From positions 165,609 to 229,608 of the forward strand of contig CAYYWQ010000001.1 in NCBI GenBank assembly GCA_964474825.1: 64,000 nucleotides of DNA. The letters are read 5' to 3'. The notes under the pieces were generated by a model, which was not told where the DNA came from, ran no database searches, and saw only the letters and a list, made by a program, of their open reading frames with translations. A program made the translations under genes and the position numbers. Shown here in pieces: positions 47,513-58,100 of the stretch. How positions within the stretch are numbered: the stretch's first letter is position 1; each line of letters begins with the position of its first letter. The stretch comes from an uncultured Candidatus Saccharibacteria bacterium (GTDB lineage: Bacteria; Patescibacteriota; Doudnabacteria; UBA920).

Positions 47513-48001
47513 ATGGACCAACAACAAAAACCAAGCGACCCTAACAAAAAGTATGCCTATATTGCCATAGGGGTGGTAGCAGTGCTTCTTTTGGGCTATG
47601 GAATTTATTCTTACAACCATGACAACTGGAACATTGGCCTTGGGAACAAGGAGCAGGACCAGGATTATTTAGATAACGTAGCACCGGACGCCACAACAAC
47701 GGAGCCTAGCACAGGCACTACCGGAGGCACTAAAAAGCTGGCTTATGGCGACGCCATAAAAGCCTATCCTTACCGCTTCCAGTTTAGTAAGTGCTTGGGT
47801 ACTCCCGCTACCTTGGCTGTAAAAACAGGCTCCTATGTAATGCTGGACAACCGTGACTCTGTGGCTCATACAATAGTGGCGGATAAGCAAACATTTAAAA
47901 TAGCAGGGTTCGATTACGCCCTGGTTCACACCTCTACGCTTGGAAATCTGTCCGTCTTATGCGACGGTAAGCCCCGCGTTACCTTAAATGTCCAGAAATA
48001 A
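47513..48001 (+). CDS. Hypothetical membrane-anchored protein
   Basis: N-terminal TM helix. Confidence 0.45.
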   Translation: MDQQQKPSDPNKKYAYIAIGVVAVLLLGYGIYSYNHDNWNIGLGNKEQDQDYLDNVAPDATTTEPSTGTTGGTKKLAYGDAIKAYPYRFQFSKCLGTPATLAVKTGSYVMLDNRDSVAHTIVADKQTFKIAGFDYALVHTSTLGNLSVLCDGKPRVTLNVQK

Positions 48002-48025
48002 TTTAACCTAAAGGAGAACTAATCT

Positions 48026-48382
48026 ATGGATTCATATAACTCACCCAGTACCAAGCCTCTCTACAGAGGCACACAAATAGTTTGGTATATTACCGGACTT
48101 TTAGAAGCCTTATTGGCTTTCCGTTTTCTGTTAAAGTTGTTCGGGGCCAACCCGGCCGCGGGTTTTACCGACTTTATTTACAGCATTACCTACCCGTTCG
48201 CAGCGCCTTTCCTCAACGTATTTAAAATTACCAAAGTGGAAGGAAGTGTTTTTGAATGGACAACTTTGCTGGCCATGCTGGTTTACTGGCTAATTGCTAT
48301 GGCCATAGTTAAACTCTTCGTTATGGGTAAAACCGTTTCCACTCCCGAAGCGGCTGTAAAATTGGACAGCCAGGACAAATAA
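48026..48382 (+). CDS. Small membrane protein (YggT-like?)
   Basis: Two TM helices. Confidence 0.4.
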   Translation: MDSYNSPSTKPLYRGTQIVWYITGLLEALLAFRFLLKLFGANPAAGFTDFIYSITYPFAAPFLNVFKITKVEGSVFEWTTLLAMLVYWLIAMAIVKLFVMGKTVSTPEAAVKLDSQDK

Positions 48383-48409
48383 CATAACATAAATAGAAAG
48401 GAAAAATTT

Positions 48410-48772
48410 ATGCCAAAAGCATCTAACACAGGAAAAGTGGCCGGAGTTGTAGGACTTGCCGCGGCTGGGGTTGCCGCCGTAGCTACCGGATATTATTTTT
48501 ATGGTAAAGACGGCAAGGAGCACAGGAAAGAGGCCGGGGCTTGGGCTAAAAAAGCCAAGCTGGAAGTCTTGCAAAAAATTAAAGTAATGAAAACAGTAAG
48601 CCAGGCTGCTTACCAAAAAGCAGTAGCCGAAGTTATGACAAAGTATAAGCAGGTTAAAAGCATTGACCCTAAGGAACTTAGTGCCTTTGGAGAAGAGCTA
48701 AAAGGACACTGGGCGGATATTTCCAAGAAAGCGGCAAAGCTAACACGAAAAGCCGGAACTAAAAAAAGCTAA
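48410..48772 (+). CDS. YtxH/DUF948-like membrane-anchored coiled-coil protein, paralog of 50486-50857
   Basis: G/A-rich TM followed by YYFYGKDGKEHRK and a helical Lys-rich domain. Confidence 0.45.
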   Translation: MPKASNTGKVAGVVGLAAAGVAAVATGYYFYGKDGKEHRKEAGAWAKKAKLEVLQKIKVMKTVSQAAYQKAVAEVMTKYKQVKSIDPKELSAFGEELKGHWADISKKAAKLTRKAGTKKS

Positions 48773-48784
48773 GAGTCTATATTT

Positions 48785-49129
48785 ATGAATATTCTTTCTG
48801 TAATTATTTTTGGAGCCATGACCGGATTTATTGCCTATAAAGTTAAGGCTTCCAATTTTAGCATGGGATGGAATATTTATTTAGGAGTCTTAGGTGCTAT
48901 TTTGGCCAGTTGTGTTATGGCTTATATTAATTTTGTCTACAACCTGCCCACGCATTTTACCGCAGGCTTCAATTTATTTAGCATAGCGGTGGACGTTGTG
49001 GGGGCATTGTCCTTAATTTACGCGCCCAGGTTTTATAACAAAACTGCAAGTAAATTTAGTAATAGCCAATTATTAATTAGCCTAATAAACAGGCTAAGAG
49101 AAAGGGGATTATATGGCCACAACAGATGA
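48785..49129 (+). CDS. GlsB/YeaQ/YmgE-like small membrane protein
   Basis: IIFGAMTGFIAY...GVLGAILAS glycine-zipper TM pattern. Confidence 0.45.
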   Translation: MNILSVIIFGAMTGFIAYKVKASNFSMGWNIYLGVLGAILASCVMAYINFVYNLPTHFTAGFNLFSIAVDVVGALSLIYAPRFYNKTASKFSNSQLLISLINRLRERGLYGHNR

Positions 49130-49297
49130 CGACGCGGTACAAGCTCAACAAGAGGCCGACAAGTCTCAAGAAAAGGCGGATCAAGTCCGGGAGCAGGCGG
49201 CAGACGAGCATCGCGAAGCTGCTAAGGAAGAAGAGGAGAAGGCTGAGGCCTTAGAATAGTTGTTCTATTAATTTAATTAATTATTAAAAATAATTAT

Positions 49298-49546
49298 ATG
49301 GGTATTATACTTTGGATAATCTTTGGTGCGTTAGTGGGATGGATAGCGTCTCTAATTATGAAAACAGACGCCCAGCAGGGAGCCTTGCTTAACATTGCCG
49401 TGGGTATTGTTGGCGCAGTTTTAGGCGGCTGGATTATGAGCGCCATAGGTAAGAGCGGTGTAACCGGCTTTAACCTTTACAGTTTCCTGGTTGCTCTTCT
49501 TGGCGCTGTAGTGTTAATTTGGATTGTAAAAGCCATAAGGGCTTAA
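49298..49546 (+). CDS. GlsB/YeaQ/YmgE-family (transglycosylase-associated) membrane protein
   Basis: [21 protein letters not shown]...[14 protein letters not shown]. Confidence 0.7.
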   Translation: MGIILWIIFGALVGWIASLIMKTDAQQGALLNIAVGIVGAVLGGWIMSAIGKSGVTGFNLYSFLVALLGAVVLIWIVKAIRA

Positions 49547-49574
49547 AAATTAAATAATGTTGAAAGGATTAATT

Positions 49575-49766
49575 ATGAGACAGTTGTCTTGTGCATCAAT
49601 GGGTGATTCCTCATGCAATTTTGTAGCAAAGGGAGAAAATGACGAAGAAGTTGTGGCTAAAATGCAGGAACATGTTAAAACCGCGCATCCGGACAAAGCA
49701 GCGGAAGGCGCGGACGCTGAAGCCATGAAAGAAAAAATGATGGCGGCAATTACAGATGTTGCTTAA
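49575..49766 (+). CDS. DUF1059-family small protein (start at MRQLSC)
   Basis: MRQLSCASMGDSSCNF...EEVVAKMQEHVKTAHPD. Confidence 0.55.
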   Translation: MRQLSCASMGDSSCNFVAKGENDEEVVAKMQEHVKTAHPDKAAEGADAEAMKEKMMAAITDVA

Positions 49767-49812
49767 AAAGATTTTATAAAACATTCCCAAGTCTAGAGCT
49801 TGGGAATGTTTT

Positions 49813-50439
49813 TTATTTAAGCAAAGATTTTAAATTGGCAATTTTTCCGTCCGTAATTTTCCATTCGTAAATGTCGGAATTGGCAATGTCTTTGGTGGTT
49901 TCTTTGCCGCGGTAAATGCGTGGGATCTCGGGAAAGTGGAACAGCAGCATGCGAATTACGCCATTATGGCAAATTACACCAACATTTTTCCCGGAATTGT
50001 TGGTAATAATGTCTAAAATAGAACTAAAGGACCGTTGCCTTACGTCTTCCGCGTTCTCGCCGCCAAACGGCCGGTAATCGTAAACTTGCAGGAGTTCTTT
50101 TTCGCGGTTGTCGGGCAGTATTTTGTCCCATTCCTCCAGGCTCTTGCCGGCCAGGCTGCCAAAATCCCGCTCATGCAAACGGCTGTCGTGAATAACTGGA
50201 ATGGGTTTTTCCAATTTTTGGTTTAAAAGTGCGGCGCTTTCTTCGGCCCGGTGCAGGTAGGAAGTATAAAGAATGTCCAGGCTTAATTCCTTAACAATTG
50301 GTACCAGCTTTTCCATTTGGATTACCCCGTTAGTGTCCAGGTAGTCGTCCAGTAAAATTCCCTGGCGGACGTGTTGCGCGTTGCTTGGGGTTTCCCCATG
50401 GCGAATAAAATATAGAGTGGTTTGGGGTTGATCTGGCAT
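49813..50439 (-). CDS. Histidine phosphatase superfamily (phosphoglycerate-mutase-like) protein; start set at the internal Met to avoid overlap
   Basis: LYFIRHGETPSN (RHG motif). Confidence 0.75.
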   Translation of the reverse strand: MPDQPQTTLYFIRHGETPSNAQHVRQGILLDDYLDTNGVIQMEKLVPIVKELSLDILYTSYLHRAEESAALLNQKLEKPIPVIHDSRLHERDFGSLAGKSLEEWDKILPDNREKELLQVYDYRPFGGENAEDVRQRSFSSILDIITNNSGKNVGVICHNGVIRMLLFHFPEIPRIYRGKETTKDIANSDIYEWKITDGKIANLKSLLK

Positions 50440-50485
50440 AACTTTAAAATCCGCCCCGGATTTTCGCTCGGGGCGGATAAATTTA

Positions 50486-50857
50486 TTATTTAGATTTTTT
50501 GCTTGTTTTCGCTTTTGCGGCCGGAGGCTTGGGTAGGTGCTTGGCAATGTCTTTCCAGTGGCTTTTGAGTTCTTTGGTTAAGTGGTCCAGTTCTTTTGGG
50601 CTGGCGCTTTGCAGTTTTTTGTATTTATCCATTACCTGGCTAACCGCCTCTTCATAACCCTGCTGGCTCAGTTCTTTCATTTTTTCCATTTGCTCCATAA
50701 CGTCTGCCTTGGCTTTTACGGTCCAGGCCTTCATTTGACCGCGGTGCTTTTTGGCTTCCTTGCTTCCGTAAAAATAATAAGCTCCGGCTGCGGCCGCAAG
50801 GGCGGCAAGCCCTGCCGTGGCTTTAACTAGTGGGTGGGATGATTTGTTTGTAGGCAT
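50486..50857 (-). CDS. YtxH/DUF948-like membrane-anchored protein, inverted paralog of 48410-48772
   Basis: AGLAALAAAAGAYYFYGSKEAKKHR...ELKSHWKDIAKHL parallels 48410-48772. Confidence 0.45.
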   Translation of the reverse strand: MPTNKSSHPLVKATAGLAALAAAAGAYYFYGSKEAKKHRGQMKAWTVKAKADVMEQMEKMKELSQQGYEEAVSQVMDKYKKLQSASPKELDHLTKELKSHWKDIAKHLPKPPAAKAKTSKKSK

Positions 50858-50877
50858 AGTGTTATTTATTAATAATA

Positions 50878-51012
50878 AATTTTCTACTAAATACTAAATT
50901 AAACTAAAAGTACGACACAGTCATCCGACATGTCGTCCCGTCGAATGACTGGGACGAAATCTAGGATTTTAAGTTTTAGTATTTTTAGTTATTTTCGTAT
51001 TTAGTAGAGGTT
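50878..51012. repeat. Family A palindromic element, full copy with core (cagtcatccgacatgtcgtcccgtcgaatgactgg)
   Basis: ctactaaatactaaa...tttagtag termini; nested palindromes in the core; near-identical to 58144-58272. Confidence 0.75.
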
Positions 51013-51277
51013 ACTTTTTCTTGCTCTTTTTATAAATGTTGCTAAAAAAACTGCTGAAGAATTTTAATTTTGCGCCTTGTTCCTTAACATTTTGGCGCAG
51101 TTCCGAAAGCTCCCCGGAAATTATATCTGCCTCGCTTTTGGCTTTGCGGCTAATATATTTAATGTCTTTGAGTATCTTAATAACATAAACGGCCACAATG
51201 GCTAAAAGTATCGTTAAAATTACCACTGCTATAGAGGTAATAAAGAAAAATATATGCATTTGGTAGAAATCTGTCAT
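51011..51277 (-). CDS. Hypothetical membrane-anchored coiled-coil protein
   Basis: TM FFFITSIAVVILTILLAIVAVYV followed by a charged helix. Confidence 0.4.
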   Translation of the reverse strand: MTDFYQMHIFFFITSIAVVILTILLAIVAVYVIKILKDIKYISRKAKSEADIISGELSELRQNVKEQGAKLKFFSSFFSNIYKKSKKK

Positions 51278-51295
51278 ATATCTATTATATCACAC

Positions 51296-51850
51296 TTAAC
51301 CGTGGGCAGGGGAGTCTTGGTATTTTTGGAATAATTCTTCCAAAATGTTTTGGTATTGTGTGCGGATGTTTTCGTCCCGGCCAACTTCCAAAACCTCGTC
51401 GTTAATATTGGTTGCCGAAGTTGTCCAGTTGTAACTGCCGCTGGCATAGGCTTTGTCTGTAACTACGGCCTTGGTATGCATAATGCCGTCCACGTTCCTT
51501 TCGTAAATTTTAATGTCCGCTTCTTTTAACGCTTTAATAATTTCTTTTTGGCCGCTCGCACCGTCAATTTGGTTACGGTCAGTTAAGCCTACAACTTTAA
51601 GCCCGCGGTATTTGGCCCCAAGCAGGGCGTCTTTAATGTCTTGCCTGGTAAAAGTATAAATAGAAAAATACACAAACTTATCCGCGTCTTGAATAACATC
51701 TATAATTTCCTTGTTTAGCGCGTGGTCGTGATTATAGTAAACTGAAATTTGATGCTGAGGCTGGTAGTGGTAAGAATAGTAAAACTGCCCACAAGCGGCA
51801 ATTAGTAGAATTATAATTATTAAATAAACTTTTTCTTTTAAGGTGTTCAT
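51296..51850 (-). CDS. Phospholipase D-family (Nuc-like, single HKD) protein
   Basis: HTKAVVTDKAYASGSYNWT HxK...D...GSxN motif; N-terminal TM/signal. Confidence 0.75.
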   Translation of the reverse strand: MNTLKEKVYLIIIILLIAACGQFYYSYHYQPQHQISVYYNHDHALNKEIIDVIQDADKFVYFSIYTFTRQDIKDALLGAKYRGLKVVGLTDRNQIDGASGQKEIIKALKEADIKIYERNVDGIMHTKAVVTDKAYASGSYNWTTSATNINDEVLEVGRDENIRTQYQNILEELFQKYQDSPAHG

Positions 51851-51948
51851 TTGTTTTTCTGTCTTTACGAACTACGAAGCAATACTAATATACGAATTAA
51901 ACTGTTGGCATTAGTATATTCGTAACAATTAGTAGTTAGTAAAGACAG

Positions 51949-52380
51949 TTATTTAAATTCCCTAATTTCTTTATTGGCTTCCCTTTTTTTCACATACTCC
52001 CTTTTGTCAGTTTTCTTTCTGGCTTTACCTAACCCAATCTTTATTTTTAAAAGCCCGCGGTGACCCAGGAAAATTTCTAAAGGAATTACCACCAAGCCTT
52101 TTTCTTTGCCTAGGAGCTGGTTTATTTCGTGTTTATTTAAAAGTAATTTGCGGGTGTGGGTAGGGTCGTATTTTTCATTAGCCGCGTATTTGTAAGGCCC
52201 AATATGGCAGTTAATTAAATTGGCTCCGGAAGAGGATACAGTAACATAGCTGCCTGTTAAGGAAACATTCCCAGATTTAACAGACTTAACTTCAGCTCCT
52301 GAAAGCACCAAGCCCGCCACTAAAGTTTCTTTAATGTCGTAATCAAAATTTGCCCTGCGGTTGTCTGCGAGAGTTTTCAT
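51949..52380 (-). CDS. smpB: SsrA-binding protein
   Basis: ANRRANFDYDIKETLVAGLVLSGAEVKSVK... Confidence 0.9.
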   Translation of the reverse strand: MKTLADNRRANFDYDIKETLVAGLVLSGAEVKSVKSGNVSLTGSYVTVSSSGANLINCHIGPYKYAANEKYDPTHTRKLLLNKHEINQLLGKEKGLVVIPLEIFLGHRGLLKIKIGLGKARKKTDKREYVKKREANKEIREFK

Positions 52381-52429
52381 ATAAATTGACCTTAAACTTT
52401 CTTTATTATACTATTTCTTTTATGAATAG

Positions 52430-52675
52430 CCCAGTACCAAAGGGGGAAAGAACGGTGTTTTGGTCTGGAATGGTCCAGAAAGAAAGCCAGTTAAGGTTGC
52501 TTTATGGGCCCGGTCCTTTTCCGGCCACCCCGAGCGAATTTTCCGGCGGCTTTCTGTGGATCCTTCAAATCGGGGACAAAAAAGTCCCCGCACTATCGAA
52601 TCAGATCCAAGACCGTCTGTAGTATTTTTCCTATATTTAGGAATCGGCCCAAGTTCCCCCGGGCCGATTTTTTTT
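52430..52675 (+). ncRNA. Structured GC-rich RNA/leader between smpB and argS. Promoter-like TTGACC at 52388; hairpins tctgga/tccaga and ggggac-a6-gtcccc; intrinsic terminator cggccc...gggccg + T8 at 52645-52675
   Basis: No coherent ORF (four overlapping short ORFs); stems and terminator read directly; class not identified. Confidence 0.4.
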
Positions 52676-52718
52676 GTTTCACTTTTTAGCATGTTTTATG
52701 CTATAATAAACGCATAAT

Positions 52719-54458
52719 ATGCCAAGTGAAACATCAAAACTTTATTTGCAGCACTTGCTGGCCGGAGCGCTTTCCGACCTCCAGTTAACTTCACAATTGT
52801 CTGCTGAGCCCGAAGTTTCCCTGCCTGACTCTCGTTTTGGTGACTACACCACCAATGTCGCTATGGTTCTTGCAAAAAAGTTAAAAGAGAACCCTAAAGC
52901 CGTTGCCGAAAAATTGGCTGAACGTATTAAAAATTTGGACACAACAAAAGTGTTTAGGGGTATTGAAGTGGTCGGTGGTTTTATAAACTTTAATTTGTCA
53001 CAAGATTTTTTGCTTCAGAACCTGACTAAAATTTCTGAACAAAAAGACAATTTTGGCTCTTCTTGGAATAATGAAGACAAAACCGTTGTTGTGGAATATT
53101 TCCAAAACAATGTGGCCAAGCCGCCGCATGTGGGGCACTTACGTTCCGCAGTAGTTGGGGACAGCCTGCTTAGGATTTTTAGGTTCTTGGGTTACAACGC
53201 TATTTCCGACACGCATATTGGCGACTGGGGCACCCAGTTTGGTATTTTAATTTTGGCTTACAAAACTTTGGGGGACCAAAAAATAGTTGAGGAAAACCCT
53301 ATTGAAGAGCTGAATAAGTTGTATGTGGAAATGTCTGGGAAAATTGAGCAGCAGCCGGAACTTAGGGAGCAGGCCAAAGCTGAATTTAAAAAGCTGGAAG
53401 ATGGCGACAAGGAAAACCGAAAGCTCTGGGAATGGTTTGTAAAAGAATCGCTGAAAGATTTTGAGCGCTACAGAAAACTTTTGGGACTACTTCCGTTCGA
53501 TAACAATCTTGGCGAAAGTTTTTACGAAGACAAAATGCCGGCCATACTGGAAGAGCTAAAATCTAAAAATTTAGTTAAGACCGGGGAAACAGGCGAGCTT
53601 TATGTGGACTTGGAAGAGTATAGTCTTGGGAGGTGTATTTTAGTAAAGTCAGACGGTGCAACAACGTATCACTTGCGCGACTTTGCCACTTACATTTATA
53701 GAAGAAAAGAATTTAATTTTTACAAAAATATTTATGTAGTAGATAATCGCCAGGCGCATCACTTTAGGCAGTTGTTTAAAATTTTAGAACTGGCCGGGTA
53801 TCCTACAGCTATAGATAGCGCGCATGTTGAACTTGGCTTTATGAGTCTCCCGGAAGGGCCAATTTCCACCCGCAAGGGAAATATTATTAGCCTTCAAAAC
53901 TTAGTGGACGAAGCAGAAAAGCGGGCCTTACAAATTATTGAGGAAAAAAACCCGGAACTTAAAAACAAGAAAGCAGTAGCCGGACAAGTGGCCCGCGCTT
54001 CCATAAAATATTTTGACTTAGTCCATAACAGGAAAACAGAATTCGTCTTTACTTGGGACAGCGCGCTTTCCTTCGACGGCAACACAGGCCCTTACTTGCA
54101 ATATACCCACGCGCGGATTCACGGCATTTTACGGAAAGCGGGCAAGCAAGAAAAATCGGAAGCAGGAACTTTTGACGTTACCGCGGAATATAACGCGCAT
54201 GAAATTGCGGTTTTGCGGAAATTAAACCAATTTGCTGAGGTTTTGGAGTTTGTGGCTGTAGATTACATGCCAAACCTATTGTGCAACTACTTATTTGAAC
54301 TTTCCCAGGAATTTAATTCTTTTTACCAGGAAGTGCCGGTTCTGCAGGAAAAAAACAGCATGCTTCGGTCATTTAGATTAGAATTAATAACCGCCACCGC
54401 CCAAGTCCTAAAAAACGGTTTGAATTTACTCGGTATCGAATCTCCGGAGGAAATGTAA
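52719..54458 (+). CDS. argS: Arginyl-tRNA synthetase
   Basis: HVGHLRSAVVGD (HIGH-like); DALSFDGNTGPYLQYTHARI. Confidence 0.9.
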   Translation: MPSETSKLYLQHLLAGALSDLQLTSQLSAEPEVSLPDSRFGDYTTNVAMVLAKKLKENPKAVAEKLAERIKNLDTTKVFRGIEVVGGFINFNLSQDFLLQNLTKISEQKDNFGSSWNNEDKTVVVEYFQNNVAKPPHVGHLRSAVVGDSLLRIFRFLGYNAISDTHIGDWGTQFGILILAYKTLGDQKIVEENPIEELNKLYVEMSGKIEQQPELREQAKAEFKKLEDGDKENRKLWEWFVKESLKDFERYRKLLGLLPFDNNLGESFYEDKMPAILEELKSKNLVKTGETGELYVDLEEYSLGRCILVKSDGATTYHLRDFATYIYRRKEFNFYKNIYVVDNRQAHHFRQLFKILELAGYPTAIDSAHVELGFMSLPEGPISTRKGNIISLQNLVDEAEKRALQIIEEKNPELKNKKAVAGQVARASIKYFDLVHNRKTEFVFTWDSALSFDGNTGPYLQYTHARIHGILRKAGKQEKSEAGTFDVTAEYNAHEIAVLRKLNQFAEVLEFVAVDYMPNLLCNYLFELSQEFNSFYQEVPVLQEKNSMLRSFRLELITATAQVLKNGLNLLGIESPEEM

Positions 54459-54530
54459 AACCGCGGATTAAACGCGGATAACTACGCTGGTCGAACGCTG
54501 ATTTAAAGATAAAATTATTAAATAACACAC

Positions 54531-55103
54531 ATGAGTGAAATGGATAATAAAAGGGGAGATGTAAATTTTTCCTCGACCCCGGAATTAGATAAATTACAGA
54601 GGGATACGGTTAAAAATCAGTCAACCGGGAATAATGAAAATTATTCTTTAGATGAAGGTCGGGTTGCCTTTGGAAATTTGGCAATATTTTTAGTAATGGG
54701 AGTCCTAATTATATTAGGATGGTTAGGATTTGAATGGGCCGAGTACGCTTTTATAATTAGTCTTTATACTATTCTAGGTGCTTCATTGGTGCAGAAAAAA
54801 ATTTCGTTCAGCAAGAATACTAGAGCCCCCAGTGTAGGTTTGCTGATAATCAAAGGGAAGAGGGCTATATTTTTGTCTATTTTATTCATTTTAGTTTTAA
54901 CTATAATTCTTTTGCTTACTCAAACGAATATTATGGATTTTATTTTAGTAAGCGGATCCACTTTTGAACACCAGTTAAACCTTAGCCCATTATTGATTGC
55001 GTTACTACCAGGTATTATTGTTGGTTATTCATACGTGAAATTAAGCGATTATTGGGAACAAATTTCTTTACGAAAATATAATAATGTAATATCAGGAAAT
55101 TAA
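54531..55103 (+). CDS. Hypothetical polytopic membrane protein
   Basis: Multiple TM helices. Confidence 0.45.
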   Translation: MSEMDNKRGDVNFSSTPELDKLQRDTVKNQSTGNNENYSLDEGRVAFGNLAIFLVMGVLIILGWLGFEWAEYAFIISLYTILGASLVQKKISFSKNTRAPSVGLLIIKGKRAIFLSILFILVLTIILLLTQTNIMDFILVSGSTFEHQLNLSPLLIALLPGIIVGYSYVKLSDYWEQISLRKYNNVISGN

Positions 55104-55104
55104 T

Positions 55105-58100
55105 ATGGCACAAGAAACACCACAACAACCAAATACAGGAGCGCCAAACTTTAATGAGTTGGAACAAAACATATTAAAGTTTTGGGACGAGAATAAAACT
55201 TTTCAAAAATCTCTGGACCAAACTTTGGGCAAGAAGCCTTATATTTTTTATGATGGTCCGCCTTTTGCCACGGGGTTGCCTCATTATGGGCACATTTTAG
55301 CTTCAACTGTTAAAGATGCTTTCCCGCGCTACCAGACAATGAAAGGGCGCTATGTCCGCAGGCGCTGGGGCTGGGATTGCCACGGTTTGCCCATTGAAAA
55401 TATTGTTGAGCAGCACTTAAAAATTTCCGGCAAAAAACAAATTGAGGAAATTGGCGTGGACCGGTTTAACCAGGTTTGCCGCGACAATGTACTTCGCTTT
55501 ACCGAAGAGTGGGGGAAAATGGTCAAGCGCATGGGCCGCTGGACTGAGTTTGAAAATTCCTACAAGACTATGGACACCACTTATATGGAATCGGTCTGGT
55601 GGGGTATAAAACAAATTTGGGAAAAAGATTTAATTTACCAGGACAGGAAAGTCCTGCTCTACTGCAGCCGCTGCGAAACTCCCATTTCCAATTTTGAAGT
55701 GGCTATGGATAACAGCTACCGCGACGTTACCGAAGAATCTGTTTTTGCTAAATTTAAACTCTTGCCGCGCCAAAGAATAGTAAACGATTTAACCAACGAC
55801 AAAACCTTTGCCTTGGCTTGGACAACCACACCATGGACTTTGCCGGGTAACACGTCTTTAAATTTGGGCCCAGACATCCAGTACGTTTTAGTAGAGCAAA
55901 ATGATGAACGTTATATTTTGGCCAAAGAACGACTCTCTATATTAAACGGTGAGTATGAAACCGTCGCGGAGTTTCCGGCAAGAGCCTTGGAAGGCTTAGA
56001 ATACGAACCGCTTTATCCGGGCGTTGTTCCTAATGGCCGGAGCGATTCATCTGCCAACGTAAAAGACATGCTTGGCGACCCCAGCCGCGCTCACCGGATT
56101 TATTTGGCTGACTTTGTTACAACACAAGACGGTACAGGTATAGTTCATAACGCCGCAATGTATGGTGAAGAAGACTACGAACTGGCCAAAGAAAAGAATT
56201 TGCCAAGGTTAGATATGCTGGACCACAAGGGCGAATACATAGCCAATGAACGCAACCCAAAAAATTTGCACGGTGTGTTCTTTAAAGACGCGGACAAAAT
56301 AGTTTTAAAGGAACTTAAAGAACGCAATTTAGTTTACAATGTTTTAAGCTATACCCATAGTTATCCGCACTGCCACCGCTGCGGCACGCCTTTGTTTTAT
56401 AACGCTTTGCCTGCCTGGTTTATTAATATCCAAAAAGTAAAAGCCCAGCTACGCAAATTAAACAGCGAAGAAATTAACTGGTACCCGGAACATTTAAAAA
56501 TGGGACGGTTCGACAAAAGCATGGAGTCGGCTCCGGATTGGAATATTTCCCGCAACCGTTACTGGGCAACTCCGCTGCCGTTTTGGAAGTGTGAGAACGA
56601 GGAGTGTAAATCTACAATTTGTATTGGTTCAATAGAGGATCTTAAAGAGAAATCTAGCAATTTTGCGGAAGTCTATCCTAATTACAACCCGGAAGATTTA
56701 AACAAACTGGATTTGCATAAGCCGTACATAGACCAGGTTATTGTAAAATGCCCCCAGTGCGGAGGCCAAAGCAAACGCGTGCCCGAAGTTGTGGATTGCT
56801 GGGTAGAGAGCGGCAGCATGCCTTTTGCGGAATTACATTACCCATTTGAAAATCAGGAACAGTTTAAAAACCGTTTCCCGGCAGACTTTGTAGCTGAGTA
56901 CATTGGCCAGACCCGGGCTTGGTTTTATGTTATGCATGTTATGTCTGCCTTGGTATTTGACCACGCGCCGTTTAAGCACGTTGTTACCACCGGAAACATT
57001 TTGGCCGAAGACGGCAGTAAGATGTCCAAGTCTAAAAATAACTACCCGGATCCCTGGATACTCATAGAAAAATATGGCATTGACGCGCTGCGGTTCTATT
57101 TGTTGACCTGTCCGGTTATGAGCGCGGACGACATTAATTTCAGCGAAAAAAGCGTGCAGGAAGTCAGCCGTAAAGTCAGCATGCTGGTTTATAATATGTG
57201 GAGTTTTTACAGGATGTATGAGAAGTCAGTAATCAGTTCTCAGTTCACAGCAAACGGTGGGGACCATATTTTAGACAAGTGGATTATGTCCAGGCTTTCG
57301 CAGACACATTTGGAAGTAACTAAAGATATGGACGCTTATAACACAGTGCGTGTCGGGCGTGCCATAATAGATTTTGTTAACGATCTCTCCACCTGGTACG
57401 TCCGCCGCAGCCGCGAAAGAATAAAGCAGGACAACGAGGATTCCAAGGCAGCACTACAAACTTTGGGTTTGGTTTTGGCCGAGCTTTCCAAAATGCTGGC
57501 GCCGCTCATGCCCTTTTTGGCAGATTTTATTTACAAAGACTTAACAGGCAAAGAGTCTGTGCATTTGGAATTGTGGACGGAAAAAATGCCTGAGCCAGAC
57601 ACTAAAATTTTAGAAGAAATGTCGGTAATCCGGGAAATTGTTGAACAGGGACTTTCTTTACGTAAAGAGCATGGTCTAAAAGTCAGGCAGCCTTTGGCTG
57701 AGCTAGAATATCACCTTACAGGCAAAAATAATTTACTGGGCGCGGAACTTGAAAAAGTTTTGGCCGAAGAGTTAAATGTTAAATTAGTCAGCGGCCGCAG
57801 CGATTTTGTACCCAAAGCCGGGTGGGCTTTTAGGGAAACGCCGGGATTTAAGTTGGCCTTGAATTTGGAATTAAACGAGGAGCTCAAAAAAGAAGGCCTT
57901 GCGCGCGAACTGGAACGCTTAGTGCAGGACTTGCGTAAAAAGAGCGGTCTTAAGGTGGGGGAATTAGTAGACCTTTATTACAACGCCACAGACGAAGTCC
58001 TTGAGCACGCGCTGCTAAATTTGCTTGATCGCAAAAAAACTTTTGTCAGCCAAATCCAAAAGAGTCTGGAAGTGGAAGTGGATTTTGAGGCCCAGGGCGA

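Noticed and set aside
52350-52717. Four overlapping 60-90-aa ORFs on both strands between smpB and argS
   Set aside because: Mutually exclusive, GC-rich and coinciding with hairpins. The region is better explained as structured RNA.
52381-52718. tmRNA (ssrA) adjacent to smpB
   Set aside because: No recognisable tmRNA 5' acceptor/TTCGAC, tag-peptide reading frame, T-arm or CCA 3' end on either strand. The idea is kept only as something to test with covariance models.
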